Of a stretch of DNA of 64,000 nucleotides, positions 24,041 to 37,659 are shown in pieces. Each line of letters opens with the position of its first letter. The first letter of the stretch is position 1. The notes under the pieces are model-generated. The model worked only from the letters and a program-made list of their open reading frames with translations, was not told the origin of the DNA and did not search any database. Source of the DNA: Camelus dromedarius. Taxonomy: Eukaryota. The stretch covers positions 111,354,001-111,418,000 of the forward strand of contig NC_087436.1 of NCBI RefSeq assembly GCF_036321535.1, read 5' to 3'. The position numbers and the translations under genes are program-made.

Positions 24041-24814
24041 GAATTCTATAAAATGGATTGGTGAGCCTTCTTCTCCCCCTTGGAATGCAGCTGCAATGGT
24101 AGGAGTCAGGGCAGCAACATTTTAACCCGTAAGACATGAAGTGGCTGGGTCACCCACAGCACGAGGCCAGTGAATCATTTCTGGACGACTAACATGCCTC
24201 CTGTTACTTTCTTTAGGCCACTGTTACCTTGACCTTTGTTAGGGCAGCTGAACTTGCACTCTAACTAATAGATAACATCACAAAGTTTTGCTTTAAACAT
24301 TTAATTCCCCAAACTTGGTGTCAAGCTAGAGAAGGGTTTTTTCATTTTTTTATTGGTTTTCTCTCTCCCTTTGGTTTTCTTCTTTTCTTTCCAAACTGGA
24401 CAAATTCTTGTGGGATATATTGGAAGTACTGAAATCTAGATAGTAAAGCAAATCACTATGGCACAGGGTTAATTGATTTCCATTTGATGGTGACCATAGA
24501 CTAAGAAACAGATTGGTTTCAAGATAAGGGGCACTGTCTACCTCTGTTCCTTAAAACTTGTGCACACTTGTAATTAAAAAAAAAAAGTATTCCACAGAGG
24601 AGAGTCTTCTCATGAGGAGTGTTTGATACTCATTTGATGGTACTATGTACCTCCATAGGAAGAAATCGATTTCTATTTCTCTAGACATATGAGAACCAAG
24701 GTCGGGGAATTTGAGTTCACTGGCACTGTATTTCTGACTTGTCCATTACAATTTTAGAGTCTCTTGCTAGGTTTGGCTACGTAATTTTCAACGCCTGGTA
24801 TAGAAGGAAGTGTT

Positions 24815-24927
24815 GAGTCCCTTGTTCAAAATTATTAAGAATTACAAGATGGTGACAGCAGAGCATTAAACCAAGCATGGGGTCCTGCTAGGGTGGGGAC
24901 CAGTGCAACCACAAAGCTGGCTGGCCT
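24815..24927. mobile_element. MER45-like hAT DNA transposon fragment
   Basis: ttaagaattacaagatggtgacagcagagcattaaaccaagc motif. Confidence 0.5.
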
Positions 24928-25487
24928 AAAATACCTAAAACATAAATCAATCAAGATTGATCTAATCAAAATAAATCAAAAATATCTATAGAACATCTAC
25001 TAAGTGCCAGGCACTGTCCTAGGCACTTGGGATCCATCAGTGAACACAAGAGATAAAGATCCTTGCTTCTGTGGAGCTTATATCTTAGTGGTGGGAGTCA
25101 AACAATAAATGTAATGAATAGCTAAATTGTATAGCATGTTAGTGTAAAGAACTTTCCTGGCCTAGAGAGCAGCCAGTGCAAAGGCCCTGAGGCAAGCCTT
25201 GCCCCCTGTGGTATAAATCTGTGTGCTGAGAGCTTCCTGACTGGACAATGCTTGTGTGTAGCTCTGGCATTGGTCACTGTGGTCACTTTGTAACATTACT
25301 GGTGAACCGTCACCAAAGCCAAAGAAGGAAGGGGCTTGACTACTGAGTGCTCAAGAGTTTCAAATGCTCCCCAGATTAAGGAGTACAATAAATAAAGAGA
25401 ACATTTCATCGTATTTGTCAAGAAAGAGACCTTCATTCACATCTCTGTGACAACATCTACCCCTGATTGTTTGCAACTTTGCTCTGA

Positions 25488-25870
25488 TTCAGTTAGGGAT
25501 GCTTTCAGCTGCAAGCAGCAAAATATTTGACGAACAGTGGCATAAACAAATAGCAGAGTGTTTTTCTCATCCAACAAGAAGACCAACCAGAGATAGGTAT
25601 TTCCACATGTTAGTTCTACTGCTTACTAATGCCTCTGCTGTTCTTGCTCTTTGCTTGGCTTATGTTTGTGGTTGCCTGTGGGTTCAGGCATCATTTCTAC
25701 ATTCAAGGCAGCAGGAAGCAGGAAAGGTGGCACTAGCCACGTCTGTCTGTTGTCTGAAGAGCGAAAACTTTCCCAGGCCCGCCGACCCCTGACAGTGGAC
25801 TTCCACCTCTCATTGGCCAGAACTGTGTCACGTGGCTACTCCAGGATGCTCTGGATGGGAAGTCTCTGTC
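25488..25870. mobile_element. Old ERVL/MaLR-type LTR fragment (LTR33/MLT1-like)
   Basis: tcagttagggatgctttcagctgcaag... and tctcattggccagaactgtgtcacgtggc motifs. Confidence 0.45.
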
Positions 25871-25899
25871 TTTCACAGTTTCTTTAAAATTTGTTCTTC

Positions 25900-26590
25900 C
25901 AGTTTTATTGAGATATAATTGACATCCAGCACTGTATAAGTTTAAGGTGCACCAAATAATGACTTGACTTACTTATCTAATGAAATAATTACCATAATAA
26001 GTTTAGTTAACATCCATCATCTCATACAGATACAAAAAAAAAAAAGAGAGAGAGAGAAAATAAAAGATTTTTTTCCCCTTCCAATGAGAACTTCTAGGAT
26101 TTATTCTCTTAGCAACTTTCAAATATACCATATTATAGCCACAGTGTACATTACATCCCCAATACTTATTTTTCTTTTAACTGGAAGTTTGTACTTTTGA
26201 TCATCTTTATCCAATTTCCCTATCCTTCTGGTAACTACAAATCTGATCTCTTTTTCTATGAGTTTAGTTTTGTTTTGTTAAGATTCCTCATATGAGCTCA
26301 TACATTATTTGTTGTTCTCTGTTTGACTTACTTCACTTTGCATAATACCCTCAAATTCCATCCATGTTGTTGCACATGGCAGGATTTCCTTCTTTTTTAT
26401 TGCTGAATAGTATTCCATTGTATATGTATATCTCACATCTTTATCCATTTCTCAGTTGACATGTACTTAGGTTATTTCCATGTCTCGGCTATTGTAAATA
26501 ATGCTGCAGTGAATACAGAGGTGCAGACATCTTTTCAACACAGTGATTCCATTGCCTTCTGAATATACCCAGAAGTGGAGCTGCTGGCTC
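25900..26590 (-). mobile_element. L1 3' end
   Basis: ttttattgagatataattgac..., tccatccatgttgttgca, tatacccagaagtgg. Confidence 0.75.
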
Positions 26591-27499
26591 TTTCCCAGTT
26601 TCTGTAGCAGAAGTAGGCAAGAGGGGAGGAGATGGGGATGGATGTTGTGACAACCAACCATTGGTGTTTAACACTGCCCTCCTAACAAGGCTTTGCACTC
26701 CTTGAAGGTGTGAACTCCATATATCTGTTATCTATTTATCTGTCTATCCTTCTACCTATGTACTTTTTATTTGTCATCTATCTATCTAAATTTATTTTTT
26801 GTACCCCTAGTGCCAAGAACATGTTGGTATAGGGAAAGTAAAATATCAGGAGGGAGATCTGTCAGAAAAGAGTCATTGGAGAAAAACAGCACTGCCGGTG
26901 GCTCCATGCAGGCAGCAGAAGCCAACCTGGCTGATTCAGCAGGGGAGTTTATTCTAAGGGGGGCTTGAGGGCTGGAGGAAAGACCCAAGGGGCAGAGCTT
27001 CCAGAAGCGATGCCTGAGACCTGCCTCTGGTCTGATCTGATGGGACATCTGCCCTGTCTCCCCGACCCAGGCCCCCACCCCGACAGCTTGTACTGCCGGC
27101 ACTGCTGCACCCTGAATCCCAGCTCACAGCCGCTGCTACCTGTGACCATCAGGTGCCTCTGCTTTGAAGTGACCAGTGACTGTGATGCCACAGGAGCCTC
27201 CCTCTTCAGGTTTCTCTCCTCTGAATTGGAATCTGCTGAGGATGCCGCTGACTGGCTGGCAGAGCTGGATGCATACCTGCCCCCAGGCTGGGAGAGCGAG
27301 GAATCCGGCTGGTCACTACGGAGGGGGCGCTCCCGAGCTGGAACATCCCTTAAACAGAATAGGAGTGGGTGAGAGGTGCTGGGAAACCAGCTGCAGTCCT
27401 GTACTTTAGCTGAGGAATTTGACAGCCACATGGAGACAAATAGGATGGTAGCTGGAAGAGGCCAGAGGCACAAATAGTTTGTTTTTATGGTTAGAAATC

Positions 27500-28490
27500 A
27501 TTTTAAATGCATTGTTTCATACATCAGAAGAATAATTATAGTGTATATGCTACTTATAAAGCATAATAATAAATCAGAAACCTGTGAACCCAGTACTTAA
27601 CTTCAGACTAGGAATTTCCAACTCCATTGAAGTTACTGACGCACGTCTTCCTCATCCTGTTTCTGAGCTTTATTAAAGGGCATTTATGCTAGATATAGCT
27701 TATTATGATGTTATTCCCTTAAATTACATTTCTAAGATTCATCCATGTTGCTCTCTGTATGTACAGGTGGACCAGTTTCTCTGATGTGTAATACTTCACT
27801 TTGTGACTCTACCAGAATGTATTTATCCATTCTCCCATCAGTCCAGTTGACATTCAGATCGCTTCTAGCTTCTCTTCCAAACAATGGCGCTGTGAAAAAA
27901 AAAAAAATTTAAACATGTCTCCTGATTGACAGGTTCCTGTAGAAAGAAAAGCAGGAGTAGAATTGCTGGGAAGTAGGGTATAAATACTTAACCTTGTGAG
28001 ACAGTACCAAATTGTTTTCCTTTTGCCAGCACTGTATAAGTCCTAATTTTACCAAGTTCTTCTCATCCCTTGATTTTGCAAGTTTTTTTTTTTTTTTGCC
28101 AATCTAGTGGATGTGAAGTGGTGTCGCATTGTGACTTTAATTGCAAATGAGGTTGAGCAACTTCACATAGATTTATTCACAATTTCCATTTCCTCTTTTG
28201 TGAAACATTTGTTAGTATCTTTTATCCACTTATCATTTGGTAGTTTGTCTGTTACAATTGGTCTATAGTTTCTTATATATGCTATTATATATGCTATACT
28301 TACTCTTTTGCCATTATATGTGTTGTAAATATCTCCCTCCAGTTTGTATCTTGTCTTCCCCCTTTCTTTTTGATGAATAGAAGTTCTTGGTTTAATAGCC
28401 CAATGCATTAATTCATTACTGTTGTGTAGCTTTTGTGCAGTGTTTAAGACATTCTTAAACAGAGGCTTAAACATTCTAGAGACATCCCTT
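27500..28490 (-). mobile_element. Old L1 (L1ME-like) fragment
   Basis: ttcatccatgttg, gaattgctggg, gaggttgagca motifs; T-rich. Confidence 0.55.
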
Positions 28491-28914
28491 CTCATGTGAG
28501 AGAGGACCAAGGCTGGTACAGCAGCTACATAAAATTATCAGAGGCTCACATTTCTTTTCTCTCTGCTCTACCATATTTAGTGTCAAGCAAATGGCATCTG
28601 TTGCCTATCATCAGGAGCAGAAGTTCGAGCACTCCTGCCCACTGCATCTTGGTATCAGAGTTGCCAAAGAGAATGCAGTACAGTCAAGCACTGGATGGAG
28701 CGATGCTGTACTCACATAGAGAGGAGACAGAGCAAGGTCAGCTCCAGTAGTAGGCGTCGGTCCCTCTGGGCCAGTGGGTGCCAGTACGGAGCAGTTGTCC
28801 AACTAGCACAGCTCTCTTGCTGCAGAAGGACCTGTCCCCTTCCCCTATAAAGTCTGCAACACTTAAAGCTGGGGACATGCCTGAGGACCACTGATACACA
28901 TGCTTAAGCAGAAC

Positions 28915-29468
28915 TGTTGTGGGAGAATAGGTTCTTGCCTTGCACAGGAAAGAATTCGAGAGCAAGGCATGGTAAACCAAGTTTATTTAGAGGGATACAC
29001 ACTCCATGGACAGAGTGCAGTCCACCTCACTCAGAAGGGAAGGAGCTTAGGAGATACACACTCCATAGGCAGAATGTGGGCCATCTCAGAAAGGTGATAG
29101 GGAGAGAGACTGAGAGGTGCAGGGGTGTGTAGTTTAAAGTAACAATAGATACACACTCCATAGACAGAGTGCGGGCTGTCTCAGAAGGCAAAGGAGAGAG
29201 TGATCACGAGGTGCGGAGTTGTTAGGTTTTATGGGCTCGGTAATTTCATATGCTAGTGAGTAGCAGGATTATTCCAACTACTTTGGGGAAAAGGCAAGGA
29301 TTTCCAGGAACCCCCCCCACCTGCTTTTTGAACTTTTATGGTCAGCCTAGAAACTTTCATTGCACCTGTGTGTGTGCCATGAGTTTCAAGGTCTACTGGA
29401 AATCGAATCTTCCGCTATCTCGGTTCTAACCAGTTTGTCCTGCCCTCAACTGCTGTGTCCTTCCTTCA
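28915..29468 (-). mobile_element. ERV solo LTR with three internal gatacacactccat repeats
   Basis: TG...CA boundaries, tttatt (AATAAA on minus strand) at about 28982, internal repeats at 28994, 29053 and 29148. Confidence 0.65.
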
Positions 29469-30090
29469 GTGGTAGTGCCCTGCCCCCTTCCTCCCACTCC
29501 AGAACAAAGGAGAACACGCTGAGCCCGATACAGGGAAAAATATTCCCACACAAGATGATGAGTCCAGCGTGGGTCACGTGCATTCTTTATCTCTGGGTAA
29601 GGAAACGTTCCGAGTCCAAGGCCCATTCTTACGTGGTTAGGCTTGGGTTGGAAGACTGCCTTTCCCATCATTTAGCGCAGAATTGCATCCTCAAGGTTAT
29701 GTGGCTGCTGACATGTCAGCTATCACGTCTGCCTTCCAGATAACAGTAAGGGTAAAGACAAAGGGCGAACCACCCTCCCTTCCAGCTGAGTCAGTCATTG
29801 CCTTCGGGGAAAGCTTTTGAAGCTCCACCCAACCAGTTCTGCTTAATTCCACTGGCCCTCCCTCTCTGTAAGGAGGGCTGCCACCAGGCATTAAGACTTG
29901 GTTTCTAAAACTAACAAAGAAAGAGACTGGCTGTCGTTTAGGCAATGAGCCTACGTAATTACTACGTCGTCTGCCCACAGAGCAATTGCTACTCATCCCT
30001 CGGGTCTCAGCTCAAAGTTCATTTACCGAGGAAACTCTTTCTTGATGCCCTTGCTCAGTGTGGGTTCCCTTTGTCTCTGCTCTTTAATAT

Positions 30091-30285
30091 TGTAAAGGAG
30101 ATAAAATTTCTCCTCTACCCTTTTAGGGTCTCTGGCTGGACCTAAAAATTAAGCTGACAAAACAGACTAACCAGAGGAAAACATACAAATTTTGTTTAGT
30201 CATTTTTATATGTACATGGAAACTTCACAAGAAAAATGAAGACCCAAAGAAGCAGTTCGGGCTGAAAGCTTATGTACTAGGCTGT
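30091..30285 (-). mobile_element. ERV1 LTR 3' fragment, apparently related to the 17929-18475 LTR
   Basis: Resembles the reverse complement of the 3' part of that LTR (tgtaaaggagataaaatttctcctctac...). Confidence 0.5.
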
Positions 30286-31459
30286 TAATGTTGTTCAAAT
30301 CAGTGCCACTGCACAGTGTATTGTATGTGTTGAGTAAATTCATTGTTGTGTACAAATCTAAAATAGTACATGTGAAATTTATGTTGTAATAAAATAGTCC
30401 TACAAGACACATTTCAATTGGAAGGACTCTCATGTGCAAAGATCACTGACAAATGTATTTTCTGAAGATGATAACAGCTGCTATACATCAAGAATCTTAT
30501 GAGCAGATGGAGGCTGAACATATTCTTAACATAGATTTTTTTAACATTGATTTTACTTTCCATCCCTTTGTCTTTTTGTTCTTTGAATTTCTAATTTCTG
30601 CTATCAAATATTTTAATATTTGATGTTAAATAGCAAAGAACTCTTTCTTTTCTCATTGATGCAGTGTTTACTCTTATTTTCTGTAGACATTAATTACACT
30701 TTCTCTGAAGTCTGCCTCTGCTCTCTGAATTGTCTTTGTTTCCTCAGAGTCTCTATTTCATCTTTGTTTGTTTTGATCTTTGACTTTAATGTTGGTGGAT
30801 GCCCTCAAATGCTTGGTGATCTTTGGCTTTCTAATAATATTTAAAAGTGAAACACTGAAAGTCTAAATGGAGCCTCTTTGTGTTCATGAGAAGACCTTGG
30901 CCATTTGAAGCTGCCATCTCAGGATAATTAGGTAGGACCACATTCATTTCACTGGGACATTCCCAAATGTCAAACTCTGTAAGCTTTTTCTCTTGGGCTA
31001 CCCTTTCCCCCCAGAAAAGGGTCCTTCAATTGCTTGTCTGTTCTTCAATAGCCTAATTGCTAGTTTTTTGGAAGCAAGTCAGGAGAAATGTCTTGAATCA
31101 TATAATTCAGTCTATAGACTTTGACTTAGTTTCTCTATTTTTATTTAGGTGCCTCCCCCAGTTGGACCTGGGATCCCCCCAACTCTGGAGCCTCTCTGAT
31201 TTAACTGTTTTGGAGAGAAAATCCAGTCTTCTGCTAAGTTAGGGAAGATACATTTATGTGGCGGAGGATGAATATAATATGTGAAGATCTATTAAGATAT
31301 TACTCATATTTGAGATTGTATTTTCTTCATTCCTGTGTAATTTGGTCTCATGATTGCTCTGTCAGTTAAGAATTACAAGGATGGTCCTCAGTGTAACTGT
31401 ATCACAGACTGAATAATTTATTACTCCTCAGACTCCACTGGAATGGAATTTCACTATGT

Positions 31460-33320
31460 GTGTTCATTCATTTGTTTAGCAGATATTTCCTGCTTGCCTA
31501 CTTTGTGCCAGGCACTGCTCTGGGTGCTGGGGATATAGCAGTGAACAAGACAGGCAAGAATGATCTGAGTTATATGAGCCCCAGGATCGATCTATCTACT
31601 TCATCCATTCAGTTAATAAATATTTCGAGGGCTCACGATATGGCAGGGCTCTGGGGACACAAGATAAGTAAGAGACACGATCTCTGCCTCTCTTCAGCAC
31701 ATCGCGCAGCGAGGAAGAAAGCCAACTCAACAAGGCAACGCCGAAGATGTGTGATAGATCAAGGAGCTCTAAGAGCACAGAGTGGGAGGCTCTAGCCTGA
31801 TTCGTGGGTCAGGAAAGTTCTCCCAGAGAAATCAACACTGAAGCTGAGACCTGTGCAATGAGCACGACTGATGTAGGCGATGAGAAAAAGGACGGTGAAG
31901 GGCTTACAGACAGGCGAGAGTACGTGGGTGGTCTTTCAAGGAACAGAAAGAAGGTTGAAGCGGTGGCAGTGTAGACAGTGAGGGGATGCGAGCCAGGCAG
32001 TTAAGCCAGGTCTGGTGGTTACAGATTTGTGTTGTGCACTGGGTCAAGCTGATGGTGGCTTTTACCAACGGTGGCTAAAGCAAAGGAGAGAAGTGGAGAA
32101 TTACCATGTCACTTAAGGTAGAATCAAGATGACGTAGCAGTGGACTGGATTTGCAGAGTGAGGGAAGTGAAGATTTAAAGATGACTCCCACATTTCTAGC
32201 TTGAGCAACATGGTGGTTGTCCTTCTTTTAATTAAGATTGAGGACCCAGGAGGAGAAGCAGTCCTGGTAGGGGTTAAGGAAAGAGGCAGTAGGGAAAACA
32301 GTTCCATTTTACATAAGTTGAGTTTGAAGGACTTTGAGACTTCCAAGTGGAAATATACAGTAGGCAGCTGGAGGTGTGGGTCTGGAGCTCAGGTGAGTCA
32401 TCCTGGCTGACGATACCGATTTTGCAAACATTAGCACATAGTTGGAATGAAACCAAGGGGTTTCAAACCCAGGGGAGAGGATGGGATTGCCTAAGAAGAG
32501 TCGTTGTACTTAGAGGATATGAGGACCACATACACAATCCTGAGAAAGCCCAGTGCTTATGGGACAGGCAGAAGAAAAGACTCTGAGAGGGAGGAGATAA
32601 GATACTGATTGGATGACAAGAGTGGTCCACAAGGTCAAATGCTGCTGAAAGGCCATTCAGCAAGAATGAAGACTGAGAAGAGCCCAGTGGATCATGCGAA
32701 GTGGAGGTGGTAATTTACCCTGGCCAGAGCGGTTTCCAAGGTCTCTTCCATCCTCAGTGGATCCTGTAAAAGAGTAGGTTAGATCATGTCACTCCTCTGT
32801 TCGGAACTCACCAAGGTCTCTTCTCTTTTTAGATGCAGATTATTGGGCAAGTGATCTGGTCTCTCCATTTCCAACCAGTTATCTCCTGGCCTCATCTCTG
32901 ACTTTCTCTGCTCCTATCAGACTCGCCTCCTTGCTCTTTCTGGAAAAAGCCAGGATAGTTCCTGCCACAGGGCCTTTGCATTGGCTGTTTGCTCTGCCAG
33001 GAATGGTTCCTCCAGATTTCTGTCAAACTCACTTCTTTGCTTCCTTCAGGTCCTTGCTCAAATGTTCAGTGAGGCCTTATCTCACACCCTATTTAAATCA
33101 CATTTGTTTCCATTCAAGTACTATCTCTCTTTCCTACTTTATTTTTCTTCATAGCATTTATCACCTTGAACACACTACCTGTTTTACTTACTTGCTTGTT
33201 TGTTGTCTCCCCCACTCCCCGTCAAATGGAAGAGATTTTGTTTGCTTGTGTGTCTCAAGAAGCTAAATCAGTGCATGCAACGTAAAAGGCACTTAACAAA
33301 TATTTGATGAATAAATTAAT
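31460..33320. mobile_element. Cluster of L2 fragments in both orientations
   Basis: tgccaggcactgctctgggtgctgggga, taggcagctgga, tcaaatgctgctga, gggcctttgcattggctgtt, aaatatttgatgaat. Confidence 0.55.
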
Positions 33321-33499
33321 GAATCAAGCAATGGTGCAGAAAAAGGTAGATATGGAGGATATAAGTTAAAGAAAATATTTTCAGTAAGTTTGGCTGCAAA
33401 GAAGTGGAGAAAGATATTGTACTTGGAGGGAAATGCAGGGTCTAGGAATGCTGATATGTTTTTGATTGGTGTACACTGATATTTTTTCTTTCTTTTTTC

Positions 33500-34250
33500 T
33501 TAATTTTTTATTTTGAAAAAGTTATCAGTTCATGAAAAGTTGGAAGGAAGATACAGAGAGTTCTATTTACTCTTCACCCAGTTTCCCCAATGGTTACTCC
33601 CACATCTGTGTAACTATGGAACAATATCAAAACCAGGGAGATGACATTGGTAAAACACATGCATCTAAGTCTATGTTACTTTATCACGTGTGCAGATTTG
33701 TGTAACCACTACTGCGATCAAAATACATAACTATTCCAGCCCCACAAAAGTATCCTCATGCCGCCCCCTCCCCATCCCTAACTTTTGATACCATGAGTTT
33801 GTTCTCCATCTGTGTAATTTTGTCATCTCTAGAATATTATATAAATTGAATCATATAGTATGTGACTTTTTGAAAAATTTTTTTCTCACTTAGACTATGC
33901 TCTTAAAATCCATCCAAGCTGTTGTGTGTACCAAGAGTTCCTTCCTTTTTATTACTCAGTAGTGTTCCATGGTATGGATACACCATGGTTTTGCTTTTTT
34001 TGTTTGTTTGTTTGTTTTTGTAGCCACTCACCCACTGAAGGATGCTTTCATTGTTTCCAGTTTGGGGCTTTTCCAAATAAAGCTGCTATGAACATTTGTG
34101 TACAGGTTTTTGTGTGAACATAAGTTTCATTTCTCTGGAATAAATGTCCAAGAGTATGATCACTGGGTTTTATGATAGGTGTATATTTTGTTTTTTAAGA
34201 AACTGTCAAATTCTTTTCCAGAGAAGTTGTACTGATTTACATTCCTCATG
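33500..34250 (-). mobile_element. L1 3' fragment
   Basis: aaagctgctatgaacatttgtgtacagg, catccaagctgttg. Confidence 0.65.
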
Positions 34251-34919
34251 GTTTTTTTTTTTTTAAGATGGGGCCGTATAAAGCATGTTTGGATGTTCTG
34301 GGGAGGAGCCAGCCACCAGCAGGGGGAAGGATGCAGAGGAGAGACCCGAGTCCGGAGGAAGCAGGTGAACATGGAGTGAAGTTCAGAGATGCTCCTTCAA
34401 CTGGAGGGTGCACACGGGTAATCTGGGGAGGAAGGAGTGAGAGTGGATGCAGGTAGCTTTATAGATTTGTTGGCAGGAACTTAATGGCTTCCCTTCTCCC
34501 GACTAAACAGTGAAAGAAGGCCATGCTGAGAGCAGAGTGCTCATACATCAAAGAGCACTGTGGTCAAACAAGGTTGGAAGATGTTCCTTCTTAATGTTGT
34601 GCCCTGGCTTGGAGCACATTAAAAGTTCAGAAAAATCCTGAGATAGAAGAGAAACTAGTCACACTCTGTGGCTTCAACGAATGAATTTATGTGGTGAAGG
34701 GTTAATTTTTTGTTTTCTCTCCACACACATGTTTAAACCCTCCTCTCACTTTTTGCCACATCTACCCTCAAGGAACAATTTTCTCTTCACAGCAATTTGG
34801 AAAGCTCTAGAATAGAATAAAGCTACAGCGGAACATTGCATGTCTTCCATGCCATGCATGGGATTTGAACTTCTCCACTAGACACAGAATATCATGATCA
34901 GATTTTGAGTAAAACCCCT

Positions 34920-35470
34920 AATCTTTAAAAAGTATTCCAGTGTAACTGAGTTTATGCACTAATTATGCCAAACTGATATTTAAAATGAATTAACATTCTT
35001 AGATGAACACTCGATTTATTATGAAAATGGAATTGCAGGGCACTGGAGAAAGAACAGTTTTTTAATAAGCAAAATCCTTTGACTTCAATGAATGAGGCTG
35101 GGTGAGCTGCATATCCTTGTGGGTAAAAGTGAGTTTTGACCCTTACCTCATGCCAAACACAAAGATCATTTCCAAGTAGAGGTAAAAGATAAAAACACGA
35201 AACTTGTAGAACATACCATAGGAGACCATTTTGATGAATTTGGGGTAGGCAAAGATTTCTTAAAAGGGATACAAAGAGCATTAATAATAAAGGGGAGGAT
35301 CAATAAATTCAATTACATTAAAATTAAGAACTGTTCAACAAAAAGACTTTAAGAAAGTGAAAAGGCAAACCATAGCATGGGAAAAGATACTTGTTATCCA
35401 TGAAATCAGCAAAGGATTTGTATCCAGAACAAATAAAGAAATACTGCAAATCTGTTACAGACAGTGCAAA
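34920..35470 (+). mobile_element. L1 ORF2 fragment
   Basis: taggcaaagatttctt, aaagtgaaaaggcaaacc, ttgtatccagaa. Confidence 0.6.
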
Positions 35471-36449
35471 GGGAAAATGGATCTAGACCCACAATGTCTG
35501 TAGCAACCTTGCGTCGTGACTTTGGACACACCATTCGATGCTTCTCTGCCTCTGTTTCCTCATCATAAATGGGAATAATAGCGTACCATCTCCTAGAGTT
35601 GTTGTGAGAATTAAATTGATCAATACAGATAAAACACTTTGAGTAGAGTTTTGCACATTAAAAGGACCCAACTGAAGTTAGTAATTATCATGCATCCTCT
35701 GTGTTTTCAAAGAAAGGTGAAAGCTTGTTGCAGAGGGTTTAGTGTTCAGGGTGCTTTCATTACCAGAGTGAGTGTCATTGATGTACCTGACATGCTTTCC
35801 ATCACATAGCAGCCATGTGTGTGTGTGCGTGCACACAAGTGAGTTGTAATGCCATTGAATATGACCCATCCCTTCCATAGTAACTGAGCAGCATTCTGGC
35901 TTAACCACCAAGTGCCTGCAGTGAGCTTGGCTGTATGCTGTTTCACCCAATAATTTGACACCTTTATAATACCCTTAAATAAAATCATAGCATCAACTGT
36001 GTAATTGTGCAACTCACTGCTTCTACCAGTATTATGTTTGGACAGTTTTCTTACAGATATATACAGAATTACTAGAGAATATAAAATCTCTTATTTTAAG
36101 CGTAACCTTACCTTGTTGAGTTTGTCTTTGTACAGATGTTTCTCTGTCTTAAAGAAAATGCTTTCCTCAACTTCATCATTGCCAAGTGGGTGGTCCTGTG
36201 AGTCACCATGCTCCTTTCCAGGTGGCAGAGACTCAAGCTCAAGGCATTTGCTGCCAGGGAAGCATCTTCCTTGGCTTTGGTTCACTAGGCAATTTTCTCT
36301 AAGTTGGGCACTAGCTCAGCTGGATTTCATTGGCATCGGAAGCGCTTGCTTGTAAAGCCAGTTCATCTATGGAGCTGTTCTAATTAACTAACTCATCACT
36401 CCTTGGGAGGTGATCTGGGTATGAGTATGAAGTGATCATTAACAACCAG

Positions 36450-36630
36450 ACCCACGATTCTCAAAGTGTGGTCTAAGATCATAAGAATCACCTGGGATAC
36501 TTGCTTAAAAAAAAAAAAAGTAGATTTCCAGGTCTCATCCCAGACCCTTGGAACCAGAGCCTCTGGGAATGGCAGTTGAAAGTTTTCATTAAAAAAGTTT
36601 TCCAGGTGAGTCTAAAATTTGAGAACTATC
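36450..36630. mobile_element. MER5-like DNA transposon
   Basis: ttctcaaagtgtggtc...agaatcacctggga...ccaggtgag...tttgagaac; similar relics near 16925-17045 and 37185-37295. Confidence 0.5.
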
Positions 36631-37659
36631 CAAATGCATGAGCCCCACAGAATCTGATTCCAGAGTTACACAATTAATGCGCAACAATTCAGGTATGATA
36701 CAGCAAAATACAGGTTGTGGAAATGGTGGCTGGTTGAATCTACATAAGGATTAAATTCGAGGAAGAAGGGACATGTGAAGTGGGTGAAGGAGTGTGTGGA
36801 CCACAGTGAGCACTGCACGTGTTACAGTGATTTGCTTAGAGCTGAGGGAGTATTTTACTTTGCCTTTGTGAAGTGAATTACTTAAAAACAGATTTATTTT
36901 ATCTTTATCATTTCTAACAATGAATAAACATAAAACTGTTTCTGTATCTCAAGCACTCTGTTTGAGATCTGGATGCTCTTGTATCTTGGAGGTGTATTGA
37001 TCAATCTCTAGATTCAGGTAATTCTGCGCTTACATCTGAACCCTCAGGCTGAAGGACCTTCTCAGCTTATGAACTAACAAGTCTGTCTCAGTCATTCTTG
37101 TTGCCAGTCTCACCACTACCCATTAGATGGTCTAGAAGACCTAACCTCCAGTGTATAGAGCTGCCTTGGGGGTGGGGGGTGTCCTGTAAAATGCAGTACC
37201 AGATTCAGTGGGTCTTGGGTGAGACCCGAGATTCTGCATTTCTAACACATCCTTAGGTGATGCTGATGGCGCTGGTCCAGGGACCACACTGATAGCAGCC
37301 TTGCTTGTTAAAGAAGGACTGTCTTATTTCTGGCCTCCAGAGAGACTTTTCCGAGACCCTCTGGTCCGCGGCTATCTCTGAGCTGGGCTGCTGGTGGAGG
37401 CAGGTGGAGATTCCACATGGGCAATGCACGACAGCACTTGGCTCTCAGCACCTCTGACGTGAATGCTGGGTTGGCTGCTGATGAATCATAAAGATCCTCT
37501 CCCTTTCGTACCTGATTCAGGTCTCAACTATGAATCTTTAATCCACACATCTCCTGGACTACTGATAATGACCACCGCTGCCCTTAAACATCTTAAGCCT
37601 TCAATGGCTCAGTGGTGTCTGAATCGCATTATGATTGTTTCTCTTTATTATCCAATTCT

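Noticed and set aside
26949..27473. Overlapping 135-aa and 174-aa ORFs in the intergenic region
   Set aside because: No recognisable domain, ORFs on both strands and no exon context; more likely degraded LTR-type sequence.
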